From positions 18,228,001-18,292,000 of the forward strand of contig OX597821.1 of the NCBI GenBank assembly GCA_951406725.2: DNA of 64,000 nucleotides, given 5' to 3'. The translations under genes and the position numbers were made by a program. The notes beneath the pieces are model-generated. The model did not search any database. It was not told where the DNA came from and saw only the letters and a list, made by a program, of their open reading frames with translations. Positions 1-11,670 of the stretch are shown piece after piece (the first letter of the stretch is position 1; each line of letters starts with the position of its first letter). This DNA comes from Octopus vulgaris. Taxonomy: Eukaryota.

Positions 1-1140
1 GAAAACTGAAGGAAGGTAAAATATGCCCTATTCATAAAGGAGGTAGCAGAGCGGAGGCCAAGAACTCTCTGACCTCACACATCAGCAAGGTCATGGAACG
101 AATAGTCAGAAGGAAACTGATCACCTTCCTTGAAGAAATTGACTTGCTGCCTGACACCCAACATGGTTTCCGACCAGAGAGAAGCTGCTTAACTCAGCTC
201 CTACAACACTATGACTGGGTGCTGAAACAACTGCTCAACCACTCAAATGTATCTCGACTTTGCAAAGGCCTTTGATAAAGTCGATCATGGAATGATATGT
301 CACAAACTGCGTGATCTCAGCATAGTTGGAAAACTGGGAGAATGGCTTCATGACTTTCTGAAAGATAGAAGTCAGGTGGTAGTAGCCAATAGGGCCACTT
401 CCATTAACACGCAAATAGTGAGCGGTGTTCCGCAGGGCACTGTTTTGGGACCACTACTGTTCATAATGGCCCTCTCAGACATGCTCTCAGCCACGCAGAG
501 AGCCACGATCACAAGTTATGCAGATGATACAAAAGTTTCACAGGTAATACAGAACCCTGAGGACACTAAACGCCTGCAATGTGAGCTGGACAAAATATAC
601 AAGTGCGCTGAAAAGAATAGCATGCAGTTCAATGCTGAAAAGTTTCAAGCTTTATACTATCAGCATGCAAAACTAAATGCAATACCCAATGAATACACTG
701 GACCCGGAGGAATTGCAATCCCAGAGGCACAATCAGTGTGTGACCTGGGTATTTACATGAGTGATGACGCAACCTTTCGTGTACATGTTGCTAAATTGGC
801 AATGAAATGTAGACGACTGGCCGGATGGATTCTCAAAACCTTTAGAACAAGAGAACAGGAAACCATGATGGTCCTCTGGAGGACACTTGTCCTAAGCCAC
901 TTTGACTATTGCTCTCAGCTATGGTCACCATCCAGTGTCAAGTTGATCACAGAACTTGAGGCGATCCAACGTAGCTACACAAAGAAGATAGCCTCTATGC
1001 AGAATATAAGCTACTGGGAAAGACTCAAGAGATTAAAACTCTATTCCTTGGAGCGTAGGCGAGAAAGATATGCCATAATATACATCTGGAAGATCCTGGA
1101 GGGACTTGTCCCAAACTTTGGCATCGAGAGTTACACAAAT
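1..1140 (+). mobile_element. CR1/L2-group LINE, reverse transcriptase fragment (frameshifted, runs off the window start)
   Basis: Motifs QHGFR, YLDFAKAFDKV, SGVPQGTVLGPLLF, YADDTK, and a CR1-type C-terminus LYSLERRRER. Confidence 0.9.
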
Positions 1141-1149
1141 ATATATATA

Positions 1150-1549
1150 CTAGTAGTATCGCCCGGCGTTGCTCGGGTTTGTAAGGGAAATAACTATATA
1201 AGCATTTTTAGAGAGTTATAGCCAAAAATTAGCAAAAAAAAATGCATTAAAAATGGAAAAAAAATTAAGGTAAATTTTTTTTTAAATCGTTGACACATCG
1301 TAGATATTTTTAGAGAGTTACTTCCCTTATATAATAGCGAAAAAAATGCATTAAAATGGAAAAATATGATGGTAAATTTTTTTTTAATCGTAGACTCATC
1401 GTAGACGCGCGCTAATACCCAGAAGGGCTCGATATGACTCACGACTTTAAGATACCCGCTTTTGGTGAAACTGCACCGCAAAATGTGGGAGTAGTTACGA
1501 ATCTAAATCGTAGGAGACAGACACACAACTTCAGTTTTATATATAAAGA
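1150..1549 (-). mobile_element. Non-autonomous Helitron, family A
   Basis: On the minus strand it begins A|TC and ends with a CCCG..CGGG hairpin then CTAG|T. Same family as 57101-57685. Confidence 0.8.
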
Positions 1550-1661
1550 TATAAGCCACGTAGTTATATACACATACTTTGTTATATACACATTCTTAAA
1601 AGAAAATGTTATTTTGAACACAACATTTATAAAGAATAAAATATTTTTTGGTTTTTCTTAA

Positions 1662-3975
1662 CCCTTTCGTTACTATATTTCTGACCAAAATGTGTTTCAA
1701 TTATTTTCTAACGTAATCATAAATTTACAATATATTAACATGAATTTTGGAAGATAATTTAATGAAATGTTCTCAACCAATTCTATACTATAATTTTTTT
1801 CACAAAGTGATTCTAGGTACTTGTCTATTGTCGTGGTCCCGGTTTTGCACACGCGAATTCGCGCGCGCGCGCCAGACGTAGGTACTCGAGATCCTACGAG
1901 GTGACTTGCGCATGCGCAGTGCAGAATTCGCGCATGCGCGTTACCCCCCCCTAAAAAAAAAAGGTGTTGGATTTCACTAAAAATATATGTGTGTGTGTGT
2001 ATATATAACATTTTCAATTTTACACAAAAAAATTACATAGTCGCTTTCCTCGCGGATTTACAGATAAATGAATTAATTACTATTTTACAGAATAAAATTA
2101 ATGAATTAATTATATAAATTAAATAATTCTTGAAAATTAATTAATATTAATAATATTTTTTGAACAAAGTAAATAATTTATAAAACTTGGTTAATAATCT
2201 TTTTTACACAAACGCGAACGTATATAATTTGGTAAACTTAATGAATTAATTTCTTCTCATCATCATCATCGTTTAACGTCCGTTCTCCATGCCAGCATGG
2301 GTTGGACGGTTCGACCGGGGATCTGGGAAGCCAGAAGGCTGCACCAGACTCCAGTCTTATCTGGCAATGTTTCTACAGCTGGATGCCCTTCCTAACGCCA
2401 ACCACTCCGAGTGTAGTGGGTGCTTTTTACATGCCACCCGCACAGGTGCCAGGCGAGGCTGGCAACGGCCACGGTCGGATTGGTGCCAGTCGAGGCGGCT
2501 CTGGCATCGGCCACGATTCGGATAGTGCTTTTTACGTACCACCAGTCCAGGGGTCCTGGCATTTGGTGGTGGTGGTGGTGTGAGGTTCTAATTTTTTTTC
2601 TGATCTCTCTTTGCCCCCCCTAGATGGAGGTGTGATGGGGAGACAGATGAAAGATGTTTCATTCTCTTATACATTTATAAATTTATACATTTATACACAA
2701 AGACCTGTTGAGGCAAGCGAAGTTGATATCGAACCTCATCCCACGACAGGCACCCACGCCAACCCCCTTTGCTTGCGAAGACATGTTGGGGCAAGTGTGG
2801 CACCCGGCAAATGCCAGGACCCCTGGACTGGTGGTACGTAAAAAGCACTATCCGAATCGTGGCCGATGCCAGAGCCGCCTCGACTGGCACCAATCCGACC
2901 GTGGCCGTTGCCAGCCTCGCCTGGCACCTGTGCGGGTGGCATGTAAAAAGCACCCACTACACTCGGAGTGGTTGGCGTTAGGAAGGGCATCCAGCTGTAG
3001 AAACATTGCCAGATAAGACTGGAGTCTGGTGCAGCCTTCTGGCTTCCCAGATCCCCGGTCGAACCGTCCAACCCATGCTGGCATGGAGAACGGACGTTAA
3101 ACGATGATGATGATGAGAAGAAATTAATTCATTAAGTTTACCAAATTATATACGTCTGTAAAAAAAAAAAAGTTTCACAAATTATATACGTTCGCGTTTG
3201 TGTAAAAAAAATTATTAACCAAGTTTTATAAATTATTTACTTTGTTCAAAAAATATTATTAATATTAATTAATTTTCAAGAATTATTTAATTTATATAAT
3301 TAATTCATTAATTTTATTCTGTAAAATAGTAATTAATTTATTTATCTGTAAATCAGCGAGGAAAGCGACTATGTAATTTTTTTGTGTAAAATTGAAAATG
3401 TTATATATACACACACACACATATATATTTTTAGTGAAATCCAACACCTTTTTTTTTAGGGGGGTTTAATGCGCATGCGCGAATTCTGCACTGCGCATGC
3501 GCAAGTCACCTCGTAGGATCTCGAGTACCTACGTCTGGCGCGCGCGCGCGCGAATTCGCGTGTGCGAAACCGGGACCACGACAATAGACAAGTACCGTGA
3601 CTCTAATTGCAGGTAGATACAGGTAAATTCAACAATATATAAAGTTATTAAAATTTTGTTCAAACATCGCTATAGAAAATGGGTTATTAGCTAATATTCA
3701 GTTGGGTATACAACAAAATTTTACGATAGAATTTGTTATTCTGGGTAACTTTCTGATACCCATAATAATATTTATGGCAAAATAGGCCTTAATTTCATTT
3801 AAGGTTGTGGGAAATAACAAACTATCCTTTCTTTCGCTTTGTTTACGTTTAGCGTAACGGTTCGTTTCCGCCGTAATGATTTCAAATGGGCTCATTCGAA
3901 AAAGTAAAAAGAAATAGTTTAAGGCTTTACTCTTCTGGGAAAGTCTGTGGCTTGGTCCAGTTTCTTCAGAAAAAT
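1662..3975 (-). mobile_element. Degenerate piggyBac element (one end plus transposase fragment), interrupted by the foldback element
   Basis: TTAA|CCCTTT terminus at 1658-1667. The minus-strand peptide at ~3735-3930 (YFFLLF..IITAETNRYAK..PTTLNEIKAYFAINIIMGIRKLP) resembles the N-terminal part of piggyBac transposases. Confidence 0.7.
1816..3596. mobile_element. Foldback DNA element with ~750-790 bp inverted arms and 9-bp TSD (Merlin-like GGTAC termini)
   Basis: Arms 1816-2565 and 2808-3596 are reverse complements. Flanked by GTGATTCTA (1807-1815) and GTGACTCTA (3597-3605). The empty site is visible in inverted form near 34822-34830. Confidence 0.88.
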
Positions 3976-4099
3976 CATTGTAGCGGTTCAGCTCGTGAGC
4001 AACTAGTGCAGTGCGTCTTTCAGGCCTACAATCACTCTTGTTATATACTTTTACTATTAATAATGGAACCATTAAAAGTGAAACTTATTTCACTTACAT

Positions 4100-4282
4100 A
4101 TATACATGCATACACTCACTCACTCACGCACACACACACACATACATTATATATATATGCATGTGTATATGCGTATATACATCTACACATATATATGTAT
4201 ATATATGCATATATATAGATGTATATGTATAGATGTATATGTATACATGCATATATTTATAGATGTATATGTATTTATGTAC

Positions 4283-4313
<31 letters not shown>

Positions 4314-4351
4314 GATTTAAATGTATATAAATGTATAAATGTATATATATG

Positions 4352-4398
<47 letters not shown>

Positions 4399-4415
4399 AT
4401 ATATGTATAAATATA

Positions 4416-4487
<72 letters not shown>

Positions 4488-4505
4488 GTTATTTACATAT
4501 ATACA
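4100..4505. repeat. Compound (TA)n/(CA)n/(TG)n microsatellite
   Basis: Directly visible. It accounts for the YI/CV-rich spurious ORFs. Confidence 0.97.
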
Positions 4506-4715
4506 AAGTGTGGGGGTTTAGTTCACAGGTTATCCAAACGAATAGGTACGCTAGGTAAGTGCTGTAACGGATTACTGGGGCTCGAAGACGGTAGTTATGA
4601 AGCTATTTCAGATTTCCGATGTAGCGGATATATAATTGTTAAACAGGACGTCAAACATTAAGGCAAGGCAAACATCTCAAGTCATATACGACATTATTAC
4701 AGGAACAAATTCAAA

Positions 4716-4771
4716 ATCTTACAGCTGTTTCTGGGATATCCTCGAGCACAGGATATTTCGTCATCAGAGAC
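4716..4771 (-). ncRNA. Candidate minimal hammerhead ribozyme (Penelope-like element type)
   Basis: Minus strand reads GTCT-CTGATGA-[ATATCCT..AGGATAT stem II]-GAAAC-AGCT-GTA-AGAT. Core boxes, a palindromic helix III loop and a 4-bp helix I are present. The base of stem II is mismatched. Confidence 0.55.
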
Positions 4772-4844
4772 AAATTGGAAGGGAAAAATATGTAAAATGA
4801 GAATGGTATATATATATCAATAAGATGATAACATAGAGGAAGAG

Positions 4845-7800
4845 AATGTTGCTTGGTCGGGTTGTCGGTGGCTAAACCGGCACCCCCACCAGGCTACCCT
4901 GGTGAGAAGGGTTGCTAGAAACCCAACAGGGTTTAAAACAAGTCCTACTAAAAGGTCGGATGAACCTAGAGCAGGCTCAACGGCTATCTAGCAATAGCAC
5001 GGATACGCAGAAATTCCGGGATGATGTCGGGCGTGTTAAAAGACCACTGGGTGTGACGCACCCCTCAGCTTCTGTTGAAGCATGTCACTATGAGAAGGTC
5101 TGATATAAAACCAGATATGCAGGGAATGGCATTGGACATTTTAGGAATGTTTGGTTAGTGCTAGAGATCATGGCGCTCCCACATTCCTGAGCCGGCAACT
5201 CATATTGGCACCAGACATCTTGCTCTGGCTTGTCGCTGGATAATGTCAATAAAGTGGAGAGGATCTATAAGGCGTCGTGCAAAGCTGCTGACCTCTGCTC
5301 GATATGTGCTGCTTTTTTCTTTATATATATACTGTATATACTCTTTCTCTTTACTCTTTTACTTGTTTCAGTCATTTGACTGCGGCCATGCTGGAGCACC
5401 GCCTTTAGTCGAGCAAATCGACTCCGGGACTTATTCTTTGTAAGCTCAGTATTTATTCTATCGGTCTCTTTTGCCGAACCGCTAAGTGACGGGAACGTAA
5501 ACACACCAGCATCGGTTGTCAAGCAATGCCAGGGGGACAAACACAGACACACAAACACACACACACATACATATATACATATATACGACAGGCTTCTTTC
5601 AGTTTCCGTCTACCAAATCCACTCACATGGTATATATATTTTATTTTCAGTATATATATGTGTCTTTGTTTTTAGTATATATTTATATATTTATTTATTT
5701 ATAGTATATATTTATTTTATTTTTATTCAGAAGTCTTACGGTGATGGGAAGGTGTTGAAGCATGCAGACCTGACGGGTTGGAAGCATATAGTCAGCAGCT
5801 TTCACGTAGGCGGTCCATGCTTGATATAAAGTCGTCTAATTGTCACCCAAGACAGCGGTAGTATTCGGTTGCTGCATGGGTGTCTGAGCAGCTCCATTTG
5901 GAGAGATGACTGCTTACCCGGAGGGTGGAGAGGTTCTAGAAAAGGTGAATCAAGAATTGCCTGCCTTTTTATATCTGGTCAGTTTACCGCAACTGACGGA
6001 TGTCCACCCTGTGCTGGAAAGACAAAGAGACTTGTATTTACAAAATCTGGATGGAACTTGAACATTTCATGTTGGAATGTGCGCGTGCTGTTGAATAACA
6101 AGAGTGATTGTAGGCCTGAAAGACGCACTGCACTAGTTGCTCACGAGCTGAACCGCTACAATATTGATATAGCTGCACTTTCAGAGACTCGTATAGAAAG
6201 AAGTTGGAGGAGCTTTCCTGTTCCTATAAATGAACGTCTAGAGCTTTGCGATGAACATAGACTTTACATCGCAAGCACTCATTTTATGCACAAAGGTGAT
6301 CACACAACAACGTGGATGCATCCAAGGTCTAAAGTTTGGCTGGATTATGTCATCATCGGCAAGCATGATGTCTATGACATTTGTAATGTCAAGTCCTTTC
6401 ATTGATCGGAATGCCGGACAGACCACAGTCTGGTCTGAACAAAGTTCCGGATGATGCTTAGAGTGAAAGAGAGAAGAGGGCCAGTCGGCATTTCTCGGCG
6501 TCTGAATGTCCACAAGATATATGATGCTATGTTGAGGAAAAAGCTTCAGACTCACTTGTCCAGCATTGAAAATAATACAGAATGGGAAGATTTTCGAGAT
6601 CAGGTTCATCAATATGTTGCTAAAACAATGGGATATGATACTGCCGGACACAGAGACTGGTTTGATGAAAATGATGCTGAAGTTCAGCGACTATTAGCTG
6701 TAAAGCGCCATGCCCACGGTGCATTGCTGCACAGAGGACTTTCTGTTGTGCAACGAAATCTAGCACTTGCCCTGTATAGCAGTGTAAAATCAATACAGCA
6801 GCGATCTCCCAGGAAGATGCAGAACACTTGGTGGGAGGCTCTTGCTCGTGATGTTCAGGCTGCTGATGCAAATGACAGCAAGAAGCTTTACCATCTTATG
6901 GAGCAAGTTTATGGGCCTAAGAGCTATGCATCAGCTCATTTGCTTTCTAATGTGTCTTCTACTCTATTTACTAAATCAACAGAAACCACAGCTCACTGGA
7001 TTGAACACTTCTTTGAACTCCTAAACCATGAGTCAGTTGTAGATGAAACAGTGATTGATACTATGCAACAAAGACCTATCATTGGCTCCTTAAATTCCAC
7101 GCCCTCAATAGATGGGGTAATGACATCAATAATTAAAGTGAACACCTGGGCACCTGGAAGGGATGGAATTTGTGCTGAGGTCTTGCGAATTGGTGGTGAT
7201 TACATCATACATTCCCTTCATGAACTTATTAATGTAGTCTGGAGAGAAGGTGCAATACCTAAGGACTGGAAGAATGCAATTATTCTTCCTCTCTACAATG
7301 GAAAAGGAGCCAGAACAATGTGTGGTAACTACAGAGGTATTGCCCTACCGTCAGCAAGGTAGGGTTCTGGCAAATACTCTTACCCGCCTGAATGAATGTC
7401 TCGTAAATGATGTTCTATCTGAATCTCAATGTGGTTTCCGATCTGGTAGAGGGACAATGGATATGATTTTCACAGAAAGACAGATGCAGGAGAAGTGCTA
7501 TGAGCAGAATATGGATCTTATCCGGGTATTGATTTAACGAAGGCCTTTGACACTGTGAATAGGGCCTTGATGTGGAAAATACTTGGCAAACTTGAATGTC
7601 CGAATCACTTTGTATCTATAATTAAATCATTTCATGATGGGATGAAGGCTTGGGTCAATGCTGGTGGTCACATGGCGGCACCCATTCCTGTAAAGAATGG
7701 TCTCAAGCAGAGTGACATCCTTGCCCCAACTCTATTTTTTTATTTGGCTGCTGCTTTTACTCATGCTTTTGCTAAGGTTAGCTCTCTGGGAATATATGTC

Positions 7801-8320
7801 AGGTATCGATCTTCTGGTCGCCCCTTTAGTCTGCACCAATTTGCTGCCAATTCAAAAGTTTTCCAGTCTCTTATACGTGACCTCCTTTATGCAGATGACA
7901 TGCAATTACTTATGAATCGTATTTCTGCTTCTTGCAAGGCATTTGGTCTCAGCATTAGCCTGGACAAGACTGTTCTAATGTTCCAGCCTGCACCAGGAAA
8001 TCCATACGTGGAACCAGCTATCTTGGTTGGAGGAACAATTCTGAAAGTGGCAGACAAGTTTGTCTACATAGGCACCACACTCAGCCGTTCTTGCTCCCTG
8101 GGTGATGAAATATCTTTCAGGCTGCAGAGAGCAGCTGATTCCTTCCAGTCTCGTGTCTGATCCCAGCATTGCATCACAAAGCAAACAAAAATTGTTGTGT
8201 ACCGTGCATGTGTACCGACAGCGCTCTTTTACTCATGTGAGACATGGATCCTTTACAAACGTCATGCAAGTTTCCTTGAAAGCTTTCATCAGAGATGTCC
8301 CAGACACATTCTGAATGCTG
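4845..8320 (+). mobile_element. RTE-clade (BovB-like) LINE, degenerate: putative 5' region, AP endonuclease and RT
   Basis: Endonuclease motif CWNVR..RPERRTALVAHELNRYNIDIAALSETR. RT motifs NYRGIAL, QCGFRSGRGT, LTKAFDTVNR, LAPTLF, LLYADD. Several frameshifts; the 5' boundary is approximate. Confidence 0.88.
5339..5627 (-). mobile_element. tRNA-derived SINE family 1 (5'-truncated)
   Basis: Same body and (AAAAGAGT)n tail as the full copies at 53623 and 56221. Confidence 0.85.
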
Positions 8321-8945
8321 GGTGAATACATCAGAGTGAATACAAATACATAAAATAAAATATATTAAATGAAGAGGGAAGAGGAAAGAACAGGGCCTCG
8401 AGATGAGGCCAGAAGGCTCAATAAATTAGAATCATACCATTTTGCAGTGTAAAGCTTGAAGTCGATAGGCAAAAGAGTGAACTAGCAAATGAGCTAGAGA
8501 AATAATTTATTGGTTATCCCTTATGTAGGGGTACCAGGATGTATACATAGTAGTAGGATAAAACTAGTGCTAAAGTAAAGCAGGACTCACCAATATGTCT
8601 AGAAAACGAATAGTACTTATGATTCAGTAAAAAGGGCTAATTAATATCTTATCCAAAACCAAACCCGTAGAGTTTTTATAATGGTGTACTTATCGAAATA
8701 TTCTAGGGACCAAACAACTGTTGTCCGTAATGGAACTGACCAAAGTCCTGCCATCTCTACAATTGGTCAGTTATATTTAAACTAAGGACATTATATATGT
8801 AATACATCATGGAAAAATAGGTGGAGTTCAGATCAATTTAGATCTATATTCACAAAAAAGGAGACAGTAGATTGACCCTTAAAATACTAAATATTACTTT
8901 AATATATTGGTTTTCTTTTTTAGTTTCACATATCTTGCTGAAATA

Positions 8946-9050
8946 CAGTAGTGCCCTGTATTCAAAGGGGTTACATTCCTAGAGCAGCCACGAATAGTGA
9001 AAAACCGCGAATATTAGACATGGTTCCAAAAAGTGCCTGTAAATGTCAAA
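8946..9050 (+). mobile_element. Tigger/pogo-like DNA transposon end
   Basis: TA|CAGTAGTGCCC..GGGGGTTACATTCC start resembles Tigger termini. The second end was not found. Confidence 0.4.
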
Positions 9051-9087
9051 ATATAATGTAAAATATTGTATGTATTGTATATATATA

Positions 9088-10560
9088 GTACCTGGCTTTC
9101 GTTGACATGGAAAAAGCCTTTGACAGGGTTCCCCAATCCCTTATCTGGTGGTCAATGAGGAAACTAGGGATAGATGAATGGTTAGTGAGAGCCGGCGGCG
9201 AGCTGGCAGAAACGGTAGCACGCCGGGCGAAATGCGTAGCAGTATTTCGTCTGCCGTTACGTTCTGAGTTCAAATTCCGCCGAGGTCGACTTTGCCTTTC
9301 ATCCTTTCGGGGTCGAAAAATTAAGTACCAGTTGCACACTGGGGTCGATACAATCGAATTAATCCATTTGTCTGTCTTTGTTTGTCCTCTCTGTGTTTAG
9401 CCCCTTGTGAGTAGTAAAGAAATAGAGAGCTGTGCAAGCCATGTACAGGGATGCTGTCAGTAAGGTGAGGGTTGGCAACGAGTACACTGAAGAATTCAGG
9501 GTAGAGGTAGGGGTCCACCAAGGTTCAGTTCTCAGCCCCCTCTTATTTATCATAGTCCTCAAGGCAATAACGGAGGAATTCAAGACAAGATACCCCTGGG
9601 AGCTTCTCTATGCTGATGACCTTGCTCTAATTGCTGAGTCACTGTCAGAACTAGAGGAAAAGTTTCAGGTTTTGGAAGAAAGGATTAGATTCAAAAGGCC
9701 TTAAAGTCAATCTAGCTAAAACCAAAGTCCTAATAAGTAGGAAGGCAGGCAAACCACAAATCCTTTCAGGTAGATGTCCCTGCTCGATCTGTAGTAGAGG
9801 CGTAGGTAGAAACTCTATAAGATGTACCCAGTGTAAGCTATGGACATATAAGCGGAGCAGTAATATTAAAGGAAGGTAAACTGGGAAGATAGTTTTTGTA
9901 TGTGGCAGATGCTCGGGAGCAATAAACACTGAAAATGCGCAGAGAACAACTTCCGCCACATTCCAGGAAGAAAAACTAGAAGTAGTTGATAGCTTCTGTC
10001 AGTAGCTTGATAGCTTCAAGTCAGTAGCGGGTGTGCTGAAGTGTAGCTGCTAGAATAAGAATAGCTTGGGCAAAGTTCAGAGAGCTCTTACCTCTGCCGG
10101 TGACAAAGGGCTTCTCGCTCAGAGTAAAAGGTAGACTGTATGACACATGTGTACGAACAGCCATGCTACATGGCAGTGAAACATGGGCTATGACTGCTGA
10201 GGACATGCGTAATCTCACAAGGAATGAAGCCAGTATGATCCAATGGCTGTGTAATGTCAGTGTGCATACTTGACAGAGTGTAAGTACCTTGAGAGAAAAG
10301 TTGGACCTAAGAAGCATCAGATGTGGTGTGCAAGAGAGACGACTGCGCTGGTATGGTCATGTAGCGAGAATGGATGAGGATAGCTGTGTGAAAAAGTGCC
10401 ACACCCTAGCGGTTGAGGGAACCTGTGGAAGAGGTAGACCCAGGAAGACCTGGGATGAAATGGTGAAGCATGACCTTCGAACTTTAGACCTCACCAAGGA
10501 AATGACAAGTGACCGAGACTTTTGGAAATATGCTGTGCTTGAGAAGACCTGGGAAACCAA
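9088..10560 (+). mobile_element. RTE-clade LINE family 2 (RT with internal Cys/His finger), degenerate
   Basis: Motifs YLAFVDMEKAFDRVP, GVHQGSVLSPLLF, LLYADD, then a CxxC cluster, and C-terminal RRLRWYGHVARM..GRGRPRKTW. Confidence 0.9.
9193..9424 (+). mobile_element. tRNA-derived SINE family 2 inserted in the RTE
   Basis: GGCGGCGAGCTGGCAGAA head, GAGTTCAAATTCC B-box. TSD GAGAGC (9187-9192 and 9425-9430); removing the SINE restores WLVRAVQAMY. Confidence 0.88.
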
Positions 10561-10761
10561 AAGAGAGTATAACCTCGTGGCCTATGCCAGGGGCGTAACC
10601 AGCCCAATTATTTCATTACCTTTAACTACAGAAGGCAGTTTTATATATCAATTTGTCTTTTGTTGAGGAATGAAATGTTTAAGACTATTTTCGTGTTGAG
10701 AAAATATCAATTCTATTTTTTGTTAGGTATTTAGCATGTTATTGGAATAACCGTGAATATA

Positions 10762-11670
10762 ATATAATAATAATAATGAAATTATTGTATACAGTGCTCA
10801 GGTGCACCACAACTTGTCAAAAGTGCATATAAAGCATATGCAGTAATGTACAAATGTCTGGAAAGCGAACAGTGTATGAGTCAGATACATGCTTGCATGT
10901 ATATGGAGGGGAGAAAATTAGGTGTTGTGTTGGCGAATCTCAGGAAGCATGGAAGTTTTGAAGGATGCAGTGCTCCGACAATTAACAACTGATGCCAGCA
11001 GTCTGTTCCATGCTTCAGCAACTCTTAGCGTGAAAAAATGTTTCCGAAAGTCATGGGAGCTGTGCTGTTTTCTGAGTTTGTAAACATGTCCACGGGTGTT
11101 AGACAGGTGGAGTTTGAAAAAGTGCACAGAGTTATTGTTTGTAAGATGGTTAATAATCTTATGGGTGTCTCCCAAGTCAGCTACCAGACGTCGGAGTTTC
11201 AATGTATCCATGCCCAGGGAAGTAAGTCGTTCAGAATATGGTAAATGCCTGATGGATGGTATTCTCTAAAGGCGGCAAGCTGGCAGAAATGTTAGCGCGC
11301 CGGGCGAAATGCTTAGCGGTATTTCGTCATTACGTTGTGAGTTCAAATTCTGCTGAGGTCAACTTTGCCTTTCATCCTTTCAGGGTCGATAAATTAAGTA
11401 CCAGTTACGCACTGGAGTCAATCTAATCGACTTAATACCTATGTCTGTCCTTGTTTGTCCCCTCTATATTTAGCCCCTTGTGGGTAATAAAGAAATAGGT
11501 ATTCTTTTGGTTGCACATCACCGAACGGTTTCCAGATGATTAATATCCTGGGCAAGATAAGGGTTCCAGACCGGTGATGCAAATTCCAGGTGAGGCTGCA
11601 CCATATAGCCTCAGATAGATAGCCAGAGAGCGACTCACAAAGGACTTAGTGAGTGATGCCAAGACACCCT
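10762..11670 (-). mobile_element. CR1/L2-group LINE 3' fragment
   Basis: Peptide LRRLVADL..TRGHVYKL..FFTLRVAEAWNRL with a (TTA)n tail. A shortened copy lies at ~41330-41800. Confidence 0.8.
11271..11497 (+). mobile_element. tRNA-derived SINE family 2
   Basis: Homologous to 9193-9424. Flanked by the direct repeat GGTATTCT (11258-11265 and 11498-11505). Confidence 0.85.

Noticed and set aside
2289-3084. Mirror-image ORF pairs (MPAWVGRF.., MDGSTGDL..)
   Set aside because: They arise from the palindrome and from a retroposon 3' UTR that recurs at 16.7-17.2 and 47.2-47.8 kb, so they are not genes.
3698-4072. ORF as a genuine endonuclease-transposase fusion
   Set aside because: Chance in-frame junction of a 68-bp RTE insert with a truncated piggyBac fragment. 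No complete domain is present.
4011-4661. YI/CV/HT-rich ORFs (also at 13649-14075 and 43945-44515)
   Set aside because: They are translations of dinucleotide microsatellites.
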